A stretch of DNA of 24,732 nt. Source: a virus. Lineage: Duplodnaviria > Caudoviricetes. Of the stretch, positions 1-6,570 are shown one piece after another. Numbering within the stretch: the stretch's first letter is position 1; each line of letters begins with the position of its first letter. A model generated the notes under the pieces. The model saw only the letters and a list, made by a program, of their open reading frames with translations. It ran no database searches and was not told the DNA's origin. The stretch lies in IMG/VR virus record IMGVR_UViG_3300021476_000028, positions 1 to 24,732 of that record; one strand, 5' to 3'. Position numbers and translations under genes: made by a program.

Positions 1-85
1 GCCCGGTATGGGGTCCCGGCACTGGCTTGCCATCGACGATGTGATGCAGTGAATCGGTGTTGGTTCTCTTCAGGAACTTTTTCAT
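1..85 (-). CDS. 5' part of a second copy of the Cys-heptad repeat gene, running off the window
   Basis: Identical to 517-601 (MKKFLKRTNTDSLHHIVDGKPVPGPHTG), with the same ATGA overlap with the upstream ORF. Confidence 0.6.
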   Translation of the reverse strand, partial: MKKFLKRTNTDSLHHIVDGKPVPGPHTG

Positions 86-127
86 TTGATCCTCAGGTGC
101 TCTCCGCGTTCGCCCAGCCGCGCTCCG
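1..127. repeat. Exact 127-bp direct repeat, second copy at 517-643
   Basis: gcccggtatggggt...cagccgcgctccg is identical at 1-127 and 517-643; the copies diverge at 128(t)/644(g). Confidence 0.95.
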
Positions 128-213
128 TCAACTGGATGACTCTGTAACGCTATCCACAGCGCATCTCGGCTTAGGGTATCGCGCGGCAGACGGTTGTATG
201 GTCGGCTAGCCAT
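82..213 (-). pseudogene. 43-aa ORF carrying a diverged Gp157-like C-terminus (not in ORF track)
   Basis: MASRPYNRLPRDTLSRDALWIALQSHPVDGARLGERGEHLRIK compared with the Gp157 end STLKEKLYLALQREPVAGARLGERGEHLRIK; similarity extends beyond the exact DNA repeat. Confidence 0.65.
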
Positions 214-601
214 CGGATTTAACCAGTGTTTCGATACCGGTTATGACGCTATGATCGATTTCGCACAGTTCCAGATCGCCGCGCAGCCCGGTGCAGTCGC
301 CCGTCAGCCCGGTGCAGTCCCCGCGCAGCCCGGTGCAGTCCCCGCGCAGCCAGGAGCAGTTGCCCGTCAGCCCAGAGCAGTCCCCGCGCAGCCCGGAGCA
401 GTTGCCCGTCAGCCCGGTGCAGTCGCCCGTCAGCCCAGAGCAGTCGCCCGTCAGCCCGGTGCAGTCGCCCATCAGCCCGGTGCAGTCGCCCATCAGCCCG
501 GTGCAGTCGCCCGTCAGCCCGGTATGGGGTCCCGGCACTGGCTTGCCATCGACGATGTGATGCAGTGAATCGGTGTTGGTTCTCTTCAGGAACTTTTTCA
601 T
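206..601 (-). CDS. Cys-rich heptad repeat protein, 131 aa, probable beta-solenoid
   Basis: 12 x [TS][GW]L[TMR]G[DN][CL]; ATGA overlap with the Gp157-like gene; same strand as neighbours. Confidence 0.85.
   Translation of the reverse strand: MKKFLKRTNTDSLHHIVDGKPVPGPHTGLTGDCTGLMGDCTGLMGDCTGLTGDCSGLTGDCTGLTGNCSGLRGDCSGLTGNCSWLRGDCTGLRGDCTGLTGDCTGLRGDLELCEIDHSVITGIETLVKSDG
272..523. repeat. 21-bp tandem repeat, 12 units
   Basis: Unit approximately gcagtcgcccgtcagcccggt on the plus strand; in-frame within 206..601. Confidence 0.95.
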
Positions 602-1248
602 TTGATCCTCAGGTGCTCTCCGCGTTCGCCCAGCCGCGCTCCGGCGACAGGCTCACGCTGGAGCGCTAGATATAGCTTCTCTTTGAGCGTCGAATAAGCA
701 ATCGTCACTAGGCCAGAAATCGTGAACTTGTACTGCTCAACGATCCGTTCCCATTCATCTGCTGGCATCGTTACAGTAACGCTCTTAAACATACTAGGGA
801 CGGCCGCCTCATTGAGCACCTCGACAGGAACGCGTCCGCCGTTGGCCTGGATGCGTAACTCATTGGTTGGCGTCTTGAGGCTGGTCACACCAAGCGCCTG
901 CATCGCGCGCAACGCCGCGGCTTTGATCCGCTCTGCCCGGTTCTCGTAGCGCTTGGCGTAAGCGAGCAGCCGTTCCGCTTCCTTGCGGCACTCGGCCGCG
1001 TCCACTTCGCACGCCCGAAAGCTCTGCGCAATCTCGTCCACTTTTTTAACACCGGCCAGCATGTACTGGTCGATGCGCTGCTCGATGGCCTTGGTCTCGT
1101 CCGGGAGCGCGCCGTCGCCGTCCATCTCCTCGCGGGCTTCGAGGAGTTCCAGGAGCTCGCTGGCGATTTGGTAGAGCGGCAAGCGTGGCAGTGGCTCCTG
1201 CTTGGCAAGCTCGCGGGCCAACATCGCGGCAGTTTCGAGAGTTTTCAT
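598..1248 (-). CDS. Siphovirus Gp157-like protein, 216 aa
   Basis: LYQIA..LLELLE N-terminus, KKVD, coiled coil ending IK..AL.AM...G...LKT, C-terminal V.GARL.ERGEHLRIK. Start reassigned to ATG 1248 (ATGA overlap with the upstream gene). Confidence 0.85.
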   Translation of the reverse strand: MKTLETAAMLARELAKQEPLPRLPLYQIASELLELLEAREEMDGDGALPDETKAIEQRIDQYMLAGVKKVDEIAQSFRACEVDAAECRKEAERLLAYAKRYENRAERIKAAALRAMQALGVTSLKTPTNELRIQANGGRVPVEVLNEAAVPSMFKSVTVTMPADEWERIVEQYKFTISGLVTIAYSTLKEKLYLALQREPVAGARLGERGEHLRIK

Positions 1249-1451
1249 TTCCTCACCCAGTGCGCATCGCAAACGTAGAACTCAGCTTTGGGGGCGCTTG
1301 TGTAGATAATCTGTTCACCTGCTTCACACTTTGCGGGGATATCGGAAACACGCCGCACCGTACGGTCAACGCGCAGACCGAAGGACATTAGAAGCATCCC
1401 CGCCAGGACGCCAACCCAAGCGCAAAGCATCCCTAAAGAAAACTTATCCAT
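1245..1451 (-). CDS. Small protein with an N-terminal transmembrane helix
   Basis: Hydrophobic LGMLCAWVGVLAGMLLMSFGL; purine-rich leader (gagggaata) before the ATG. Confidence 0.75.
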   Translation of the reverse strand: MDKFSLGMLCAWVGVLAGMLLMSFGLRVDRTVRRVSDIPAKCEAGEQIIYTSAPKAEFYVCDAHWVRK

Positions 1452-1463
1452 TATTCCCTCTCT

Positions 1464-2168
1464 TCAGAACGGTATGTCGTCGTCGGTGATCGGGCTGTTG
1501 GGCGGCATTTCGTCGCCGAGGTCGCTAGCGATCTGCTCCGGTTCGTGATAGCCGCCCTGAACCTCAGGAGGCGGAAGAGCTACCTTCGCCGCGTCCTCGA
1601 TGTCCGGGATGACCTCGCTTTTCAAATACTCGATCAGCCAGCGATGCTGGGCGCGGAAATCCCATGTCAGCGTATCGGGGTCTTGCACCGCTTCCGGCAT
1701 CCCATGCGGAGTCTCGCGGGTGAAAAACGGCTTGACCGTTTCGCCTCCCTGCTGAAACCAGATACCGGTCTGCTCGCCCTTGTCACCACCGCCCTTGCCC
1801 TTGAACGCGCTAATCGATAATGGCTTCGACCAGTCAACAGAAGGAGCTGTTCTGAGGAAACGCCGGAGGATTTGGGAATGGTACGGCATGTCCAGAACAA
1901 AGCGGTCGGCAGCATCTTGAACGTGTAGTTTGAAACCGAAATAGCGGGTCACGTACTTCTGCTCGGTGTCATACTTCACCAGCCCCGTGACGCGCCCGGC
2001 GAGCGTCCGATATCGATAGCCGTGCTTTTTCAAAACCTCTTTGGTCTTGGGATTCGTGACTTCGATTTCTTCGCTTCCTTCGACCGGCTTCGAGATCTCG
2101 CGCCAGATCGAGAAATGCTTTACCGCCAAATAGATCACGTCGGTGTCAGAGTTCCTAGTGAGTCCCAT
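1464..2168 (-). CDS. Putative single-stranded DNA-binding protein, 234 aa
   Basis: Acidic C-terminal tail ending TDDDIPF (SSB-type tip); near the Gp157-like gene; start ATG 2168 in a TAATG overlap, with GGAG upstream. Confidence 0.65.
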   Translation of the reverse strand: MGLTRNSDTDVIYLAVKHFSIWREISKPVEGSEEIEVTNPKTKEVLKKHGYRYRTLAGRVTGLVKYDTEQKYVTRYFGFKLHVQDAADRFVLDMPYHSQILRRFLRTAPSVDWSKPLSISAFKGKGGGDKGEQTGIWFQQGGETVKPFFTRETPHGMPEAVQDPDTLTWDFRAQHRWLIEYLKSEVIPDIEDAAKVALPPPEVQGGYHEPEQIASDLGDEMPPNSPITDDDIPF

Positions 2169-2470
2169 TACGATCTCCTCCGTACGGCTTCGAGCCGCGA
2201 GCGGTCCAGTTCGGCCTTCCGTTCGTTCACCATTTGGCGCTCCCGCGCGACCGAATCGGAGCATTCCTGCTGATACTCCCGCACGGCCTTCATGACCTGC
2301 GACTTACAAAACTGATACAGCCGCTCACTGGTGTCCTCGGCGTTTCTTTCCAAGCACTCGGCCTTCTGTGAGCAGAAAAAGTCGCGGGACTCGTAGTTGC
2401 CCATGTTGAGCTTGTAGCTGAACGAGCGCGCGATTTCAGTTTTTCGACATAAAGCTAGTAAGCTGTTCAC
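2168..2470 (-). CDS. Phage hypothetical protein, 100 aa
   Basis: GTG start overlapping the upstream stop; SFSYKLNMGNYES-type motif seen in phage early proteins; helical C-terminus. Confidence 0.8.
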   Translation of the reverse strand: MNSLLALCRKTEIARSFSYKLNMGNYESRDFFCSQKAECLERNAEDTSERLYQFCKSQVMKAVREYQQECSDSVARERQMVNERKAELDRSRLEAVRRRS

Positions 2471-2664
2471 TGAGACACCTCTGGCGATGTGCTTTCAATC
2501 TCTTTAACGACAACAGCAAACTCTTTAACGACAACAGCAAATCCGAACTTGCGCCAACGAGCCCAGATCCGTATCGAGGCCAGCACGTCCCGAACTTCTT
2601 GCTCGCGCGCCTGCTCTAGAAATTCGTCCAAACGATCCGTAAATGAAGTTCTAGGCCGACTCAT
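2467..2664 (-). CDS. Hypothetical protein, 65 aa
   Basis: GAGGAGG Shine-Dalgarno; overlaps with both neighbours; internal FAVVVKE duplication. Confidence 0.75.
   Translation of the reverse strand: MSRPRTSFTDRLDEFLEQAREQEVRDVLASIRIWARWRKFGFAVVVKEFAVVVKEIESTSPEVSQ
2500..2541. repeat. Perfect 21-bp tandem duplication
   Basis: ctctttaacgacaacagcaaa at 2500-2520 and 2521-2541. Confidence 0.95.
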
Positions 2665-2927
2665 CGAAGCGCCTCCTCGTGGTTGCTCGCCGATTCCTCA
2701 TAGGCGATCACAAGCCGCTTAAAATATTGTTCGGTTCCCGGCTGGCCGAGCCGCGCCGCGATCTGGGCCAAGAGTGCCAATCGAGCGATCCGGAGCCTGG
2801 CTTCGTCCGGCCACTCTTTACGCCACTCTCCGGCATCAACGATCACGGCGTCGTCGTGATAGTCGGCGATGTCGCACAGCGCCTCGCGTAGCGCTTTGGT
2901 TTCTTGGACCGTCAGATCGAGAGTCAA
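2661..2927 (-). CDS. Hypothetical protein, 88 aa
   Basis: TTG start after AAGGGGG; coupled to both neighbours. Confidence 0.75.
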   Translation of the reverse strand: MTLDLTVQETKALREALCDIADYHDDAVIVDAGEWRKEWPDEARLRIARLALLAQIAARLGQPGTEQYFKRLVIAYEESASNHEEALR

Positions 2928-3145
2928 TTTGAGACCCCCTTTTCGACCAGAAACGGCGCCTGCTCTGGATACTCATCTGGCACTCCGCGATCCTCTTCCA
3001 TCCGCGCGTAGGCTTCGAGACGCGCATTAGCAGGTTGGTGGCACGGACAGGCGCACGATAGCGGGTGCATCGCAATATCCTGCTCATGATGACCAGCGGC
3101 GCACGACGGGCAGATCGGCTCGCTTGATTGAGTGTGTCTAGGCAT
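2924..3145 (-). CDS. Small Cys/His-rich putative metal-binding protein, 73 aa
   Basis: CPSC..GHH.........CACPCH motif. Confidence 0.75.
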   Translation of the reverse strand: MPRHTQSSEPICPSCAAGHHEQDIAMHPLSCACPCHQPANARLEAYARMEEDRGVPDEYPEQAPFLVEKGVSN

Positions 3146-3329
3146 TCAGGTCAGCCAATTCTTCCGCCGTGATCTCAGTCGCAACGGCGCACGCCGCGAG
3201 CACTCGGCTGGGGGGATCTGTGTCATACACACAAGAGTCGGTGTCGACATATAGTGCGCCCTCTAGATCCATGGGGCTCAGTGCGCGGTATCTGCCGATC
3301 GTATCAGGGGTCGTCTCATAGCGTTTCAC
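3138..3329 (-). CDS. Hypothetical protein, first gene of the early operon
   Basis: GTG start with a strong AAGGAG Shine-Dalgarno. Confidence 0.75.
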   Translation of the reverse strand: MKRYETTPDTIGRYRALSPMDLEGALYVDTDSCVYDTDPPSRVLAACAVATEITAEELADLNA

Positions 3330-3371
3330 GTTGTTGGTCTCCTTTCCTTTTCCTGTTCCGTATCTGGAACT

Positions 3372-3399
3372 ATAATAACATGCACAGATTTTTACACAA
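3372..3399 (-). promoter_or_regulatory. Sigma70-like early promoter
   Basis: TTGTGT-N16-TATTAT with extended TG (TGtTATTAT) in an AT-rich intergenic gap. Confidence 0.6.
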
Positions 3400-3445
3400 C
3401 AGGCGTCCGTACTAAAACCGGGGGATTTTTTGACCTAGTACCGGC

Positions 3446-3883
3446 CTAAGGCTTCACTGACTGGTGATGCGCCAGAGCCGCATCCTGGGCATCGCCCAGA
3501 TGCGCGCGGTAGCGCTGCTGGTACAGACCCGGACGCGAGATATACCAGGCGATATCGAGATTCCGGTTGTCGCCGCCCCACAGCAAAAAACCGGCCCGCG
3601 CGTTGGTGTGTGGATCGAATAGCGCCTTCTCGTCAGCGGCCACTTGGGGGAGCGCGCGCTTGATGAGCTCGGCTACGTTCGGGTCGCGGAGGTTGATTTG
3701 CAGAAGGCCGTAACTCCGGTCACCAGTCGCCGAATCGCCATTGAAGGCGGTCGGGACGCCGCCCGATTCGCGCATGGCAATCGCGGTCACGGTGGTGGCG
3801 ACGACTGGTGGGAATCCGACATCGACCATCACGGCATAGATCGCCTGTGGCGGCATTGCCGCCGGTGGTGAAGCTGGAATCAT
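3446..3883 (-). CDS. Endolysin, lytic transglycosylase (SLT/lysozyme-like), 145 aa
   Basis: AIAMRESGG (catalytic Glu), SYGLLQIN, LFDP.TNA.A motifs; start reassigned to ATG 3883 (ATGA overlap). Confidence 0.9.
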   Translation of the reverse strand: MIPASPPAAMPPQAIYAVMVDVGFPPVVATTVTAIAMRESGGVPTAFNGDSATGDRSYGLLQINLRDPNVAELIKRALPQVAADEKALFDPHTNARAGFLLWGGDNRNLDIAWYISRPGLYQQRYRAHLGDAQDAALAHHQSVKP

Positions 3884-4041
3884 TTGGCTGGCGACGTGAC
3901 GGGAGTGATCTTGACGTGCAGGGCTGTCAGCACATCGACGATCAACTGGTTGTTGATCGCCGCAACCTTCTGGCCTTCTACTGTCGCGAGAAAGTTCATG
4001 AGCGCCGCGCCGAAATTGAAAGCTGCTGTGACCGGGTCCAT
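3880..4041 (-). CDS. Small hydrophobic/amphipathic lysis-cassette protein, 53 aa
   Basis: GGAGG Shine-Dalgarno before ATG 4041; MDPVTAAFNFGAALMNFLAT N-terminus; coupled to the endolysin. Confidence 0.75.
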   Translation of the reverse strand: MDPVTAAFNFGAALMNFLATVEGQKVAAINNQLIVDVLTALHVKITPVTSPAK

Positions 4042-4043
4042 GG

Positions 4044-4172
4044 TCATCCTCCGAACAGCCAACGAGTGAAGCGCCCCCAGAAGCCCTTGGGCTCGCGCGG
4101 AAGCGGCTGCCCGGCAGCGCGCTCACGCGCCACGCGCATATAGGCCGTCGACGAGCAGTACCGGACCTTCAT
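4044..4172 (-). CDS. 42-aa cationic amphipathic peptide (not in ORF track)
   Basis: MKVRYCSSTAYMRVARERAAGQPLPREPKGFWGRFTRWLFGG; TGATG overlap with the upstream stop; fills the gap between neighbours. Confidence 0.7.
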   Translation of the reverse strand: MKVRYCSSTAYMRVARERAAGQPLPREPKGFWGRFTRWLFGG

Positions 4173-5038
4173 CACGCGCCCCCGACGATCTTGGTGTAGA
4201 TCGCCTGCACCTGTTGAGCGATGGTCACGGTCAGCGCCGTGGTATCAGGCGGCGCGCTCCCAACTGGGCGCACACCCAGCACGCCGCCCAGTTGAGCAAA
4301 CACCTGCCACTGAGTGGCGTCGGCGTACTTTGGATCAATCGGCAGGGGCAGCGTTGATGGATTCGTGGCTGGAAACGTCTCCGGCGTGAACACCGGGCCG
4401 CGCGCCGGATCAATGCGCCAATCCCCAGGAGACCAAACGCCGGAAGCGAAGCGCTGTTGCAAAAGTAGCCGAAGTTGATAACCACGAAACGCCGGCGAAG
4501 ATACGCCGGAGCGAATCTGAATTTCGTACACCCTTCGCGGATCTGAAGGATCGTAGGTGTACAGGCTTCCGCTCTCACTATCGAGCGGCTCAGCGCTCGC
4601 TATGATGCCGGCACCGGCCATCTCCTTGACCACCATCGCCGCTTCCGCCGGCGTGCTCAGCCACCAAGCTGTGATCGGCGTGGGCGGCAAAGTATCGAAC
4701 GGAGGGGCGTAGCTGGCCGTGCTCGGACTGGGTGGAAGCGCTGCGACATACGCCGCGTAGCTCTCAAACGCTCCGAACACGCCGATGTTCACGGAACGCA
4801 TTATCGCCGCGGTCACGGTCACTTGAAGCACCGCCGGATTGCCGCTGCCGTCGAAACCCAAGTAACAATAGGCTTGAGGCGAGGCTGGACCGACGGCGTC
4901 AAGGTCGGTTGCGTACCAAGTTTTGTTGGCCTGCGCAGCGTTGTACAGTGGGCACTCATTGCCCGTCTGCTCGGTGTAGGTAGCCGCGTCTGGAGCCACT
5001 GCGGTAGAGGGGCGTGGGTCTGGTGCAAATCCGCTCAT
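4172..5038 (-). CDS. Pro-rich hypothetical protein in the lysis region, 288 aa
   Basis: Start moved to ATG 5038, which removes the overlap with the upstream gene and lies 7 nt after TACAAT. Confidence 0.8.
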   Translation of the reverse strand: MSGFAPDPRPSTAVAPDAATYTEQTGNECPLYNAAQANKTWYATDLDAVGPASPQAYCYLGFDGSGNPAVLQVTVTAAIMRSVNIGVFGAFESYAAYVAALPPSPSTASYAPPFDTLPPTPITAWWLSTPAEAAMVVKEMAGAGIIASAEPLDSESGSLYTYDPSDPRRVYEIQIRSGVSSPAFRGYQLRLLLQQRFASGVWSPGDWRIDPARGPVFTPETFPATNPSTLPLPIDPKYADATQWQVFAQLGGVLGVRPVGSAPPDTTALTVTIAQQVQAIYTKIVGGA

Positions 5039-5045
5039 GCCGGAG

Positions 5046-5056
5046 ATTGTATCACA
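5046..5056 (-). promoter_or_regulatory. Extended -10 promoter for a leaderless transcript
   Basis: TGTGa-TACAAT-ctccggc-ATG, with no Shine-Dalgarno. Confidence 0.7.
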
Positions 5057-5315
5057 GCCCGGCCTGATGTAGAAATAGGTGAGCGAGAACTCCAAGGACA
5101 ACGGCGGCTCCTGCGAACCACCATCGGAAATTCTGGAGATTACGAACATCGGCCTCTAGTTTCTCAAAGTCGTGCTTTGACGGCGACGCCGCAGCCCGGA
5201 TCTCTTTGCGCATCTCCTCGAAGTCCTCTTTCATGACCCGCATCTCAACCCCCAACTCGATCAGCGCCCGGCGATCATCGCTGGTGAAGTTGTTCGGAAG
5301 GAACTCTTGAGGCAT
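5052..5315 (-). CDS. Holin-like membrane protein (coiled coil plus C-terminal TM helix), 87 aa
   Basis: XhlA-like architecture, TM segment FRWWFAGAAVVLGVLAHLFL; lies between the tail genes and the endolysin. Confidence 0.6.
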   Translation of the reverse strand: MPQEFLPNNFTSDDRRALIELGVEMRVMKEDFEEMRKEIRAAASPSKHDFEKLEADVRNLQNFRWWFAGAAVVLGVLAHLFLHQAGL

Positions 5316-5376
5316 GGTTTCAATCATCTCACAAGCAGGCATAACACCCCCAGGTTGCACGCCGAGGTCCATCTGT

Positions 5377-6570
5377 TTAGAATGAGTAGCTCGCTTGGCT
5401 CCCCCCGCAACTGAACGGCACATTTCGGAGTGTCACCAGCTTTTCTAGGGTAAATTGCGTCACGTGGACGTTGGTTCCGCTGGTGAGTCCGATCCCCCAT
5501 TCCGCGTGCGCGACATCCCCGTCGGTCCAGTTCACGGCCCCGCTAAAAAGATCAGTTTCCGTGATGGCCTGAAGGGCCGCGTACACGGCGCCTGACGCCG
5601 GCGGCGCGACCGAGGCAACGGTCTGGACCGGCACGTTACCTGGATCAGGGCTGCACTCAAGCGCCAGCGCGACTGGCGACGCACCTTTCGCCACAGCGTT
5701 CACGGCGACGCCGAGCACCAGACCGACGCACGAGAACGCCGCGAAGCCGTACAGGTCCGACGCGCCCGCGGAGCCGCTCAGGTATGTGGTGTCCTGATCG
5801 GGAATTCCGGCATGAAAGTTACCGCCGGGAAATTCGTAGAGCATCTGGAAGTCAGGCCCGATGATGTTCGGTGTCCAACCGGCGAGCACACGGTCTGAGG
5901 AGGGCGGAAGTGTCATGACCCGGCAGGGTCCAAGGCGCGCGTTGTTGTGGCCGCCGCTGCCATCCGCGACATAGAGGTCATCGACGATGATCCCTGAGGA
6001 CCCAAGGCTTTCCCAGCGAAAGCCCGCCCGGTCGGGCGCGAGCGATCCGAGATTCACGACGCCATCCGGCGCGCTCGGTCCCATCTGGAGCAGTGGATTA
6101 TCGTCGAGCCAGATTTCGAGCGTCGAGTTCACGCCGTTGACGATGATGAACAGTTCGAGGTAATTGAAAACGGAATTCGAGAACGGCGCCGTGATCGTCT
6201 TGAGCAGCGTGCCGGGCGAGCCATTCGTCGCGGTCCCGCCGCTGTACACGAGCAGGTTGTTACTCCCATCGAGCGCCAGTGCCACGATGCCGACGGTGTT
6301 GTTTTTGATCGCGTAGAACACGCTCTTCGCACCGTTGTTCAATTTGATCGCGAGACCGCACGAAACCTGAGTGTTGGCGACAGGCACATAAAAATCGGCG
6401 TGATCGAAGCCGGTATTGAAAATGAAAAACGATTGACCGCCGAAGCGGCCCCCTAAGGTTTGGCCTTGCGCGGTTCCTGGAATCGAAGCGAGCGAGTACT
6501 TCGCGCCGATGAGCGAATTGATGAAGCTGTTGTCCCACCAATCGAAGCCGTCGACGAACAGCAGCGCCAT
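5377..6570 (-). CDS. Minor tail protein with a probable lectin-like beta-sandwich domain, 397 aa
   Basis: MALLFVDGFD N-terminus, YLEL...LEIWLD, DDLYVAD...NN.RLG..RV.TL.P motifs; end of the tail module. Confidence 0.7.
   Translation of the reverse strand: MALLFVDGFDWWDNSFINSLIGAKYSLASIPGTAQGQTLGGRFGGQSFFIFNTGFDHADFYVPVANTQVSCGLAIKLNNGAKSVFYAIKNNTVGIVALALDGSNNLLVYSGGTATNGSPGTLLKTITAPFSNSVFNYLELFIIVNGVNSTLEIWLDDNPLLQMGPSAPDGVVNLGSLAPDRAGFRWESLGSSGIIVDDLYVADGSGGHNNARLGPCRVMTLPPSSDRVLAGWTPNIIGPDFQMLYEFPGGNFHAGIPDQDTTYLSGSAGASDLYGFAAFSCVGLVLGVAVNAVAKGASPVALALECSPDPGNVPVQTVASVAPPASGAVYAALQAITETDLFSGAVNWTDGDVAHAEWGIGLTSGTNVHVTQFTLEKLVTLRNVPFSCGGSQASYSF

Noticed and set aside
272-523. Possible CRISPR array (also 24522-24732)
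   Set aside because: Contiguous tandem units with no unique spacers, both in-frame within coding sequences.
194-568. Plus-strand ORFs with QPGAVAR and SPVQSPV repeats
   Set aside because: These are stop-free shadows of the 21-bp array; the minus-strand frame is the one coupled to the operon.
1-643. Diversity-generating retroelement TR/VR pair or terminal repeat
   Set aside because: The copies are identical with no adenine-specific mismatches, no reverse transcriptase is present, and the two window ends do not match.
3407-3443. Terminator after the endolysin (GTACTA...TAGTAC)
   Set aside because: Short stem, long loop and no U-tract after the stem on the minus strand.
3884-4126. N-terminal extension of the endolysin, and similar upstream extensions of the 325-, 529-, 516-, 293- and 302-aa track ORFs
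   Set aside because: They overlap better-supported upstream genes or promoters; the downstream ATGs give clean stop/start coupling.
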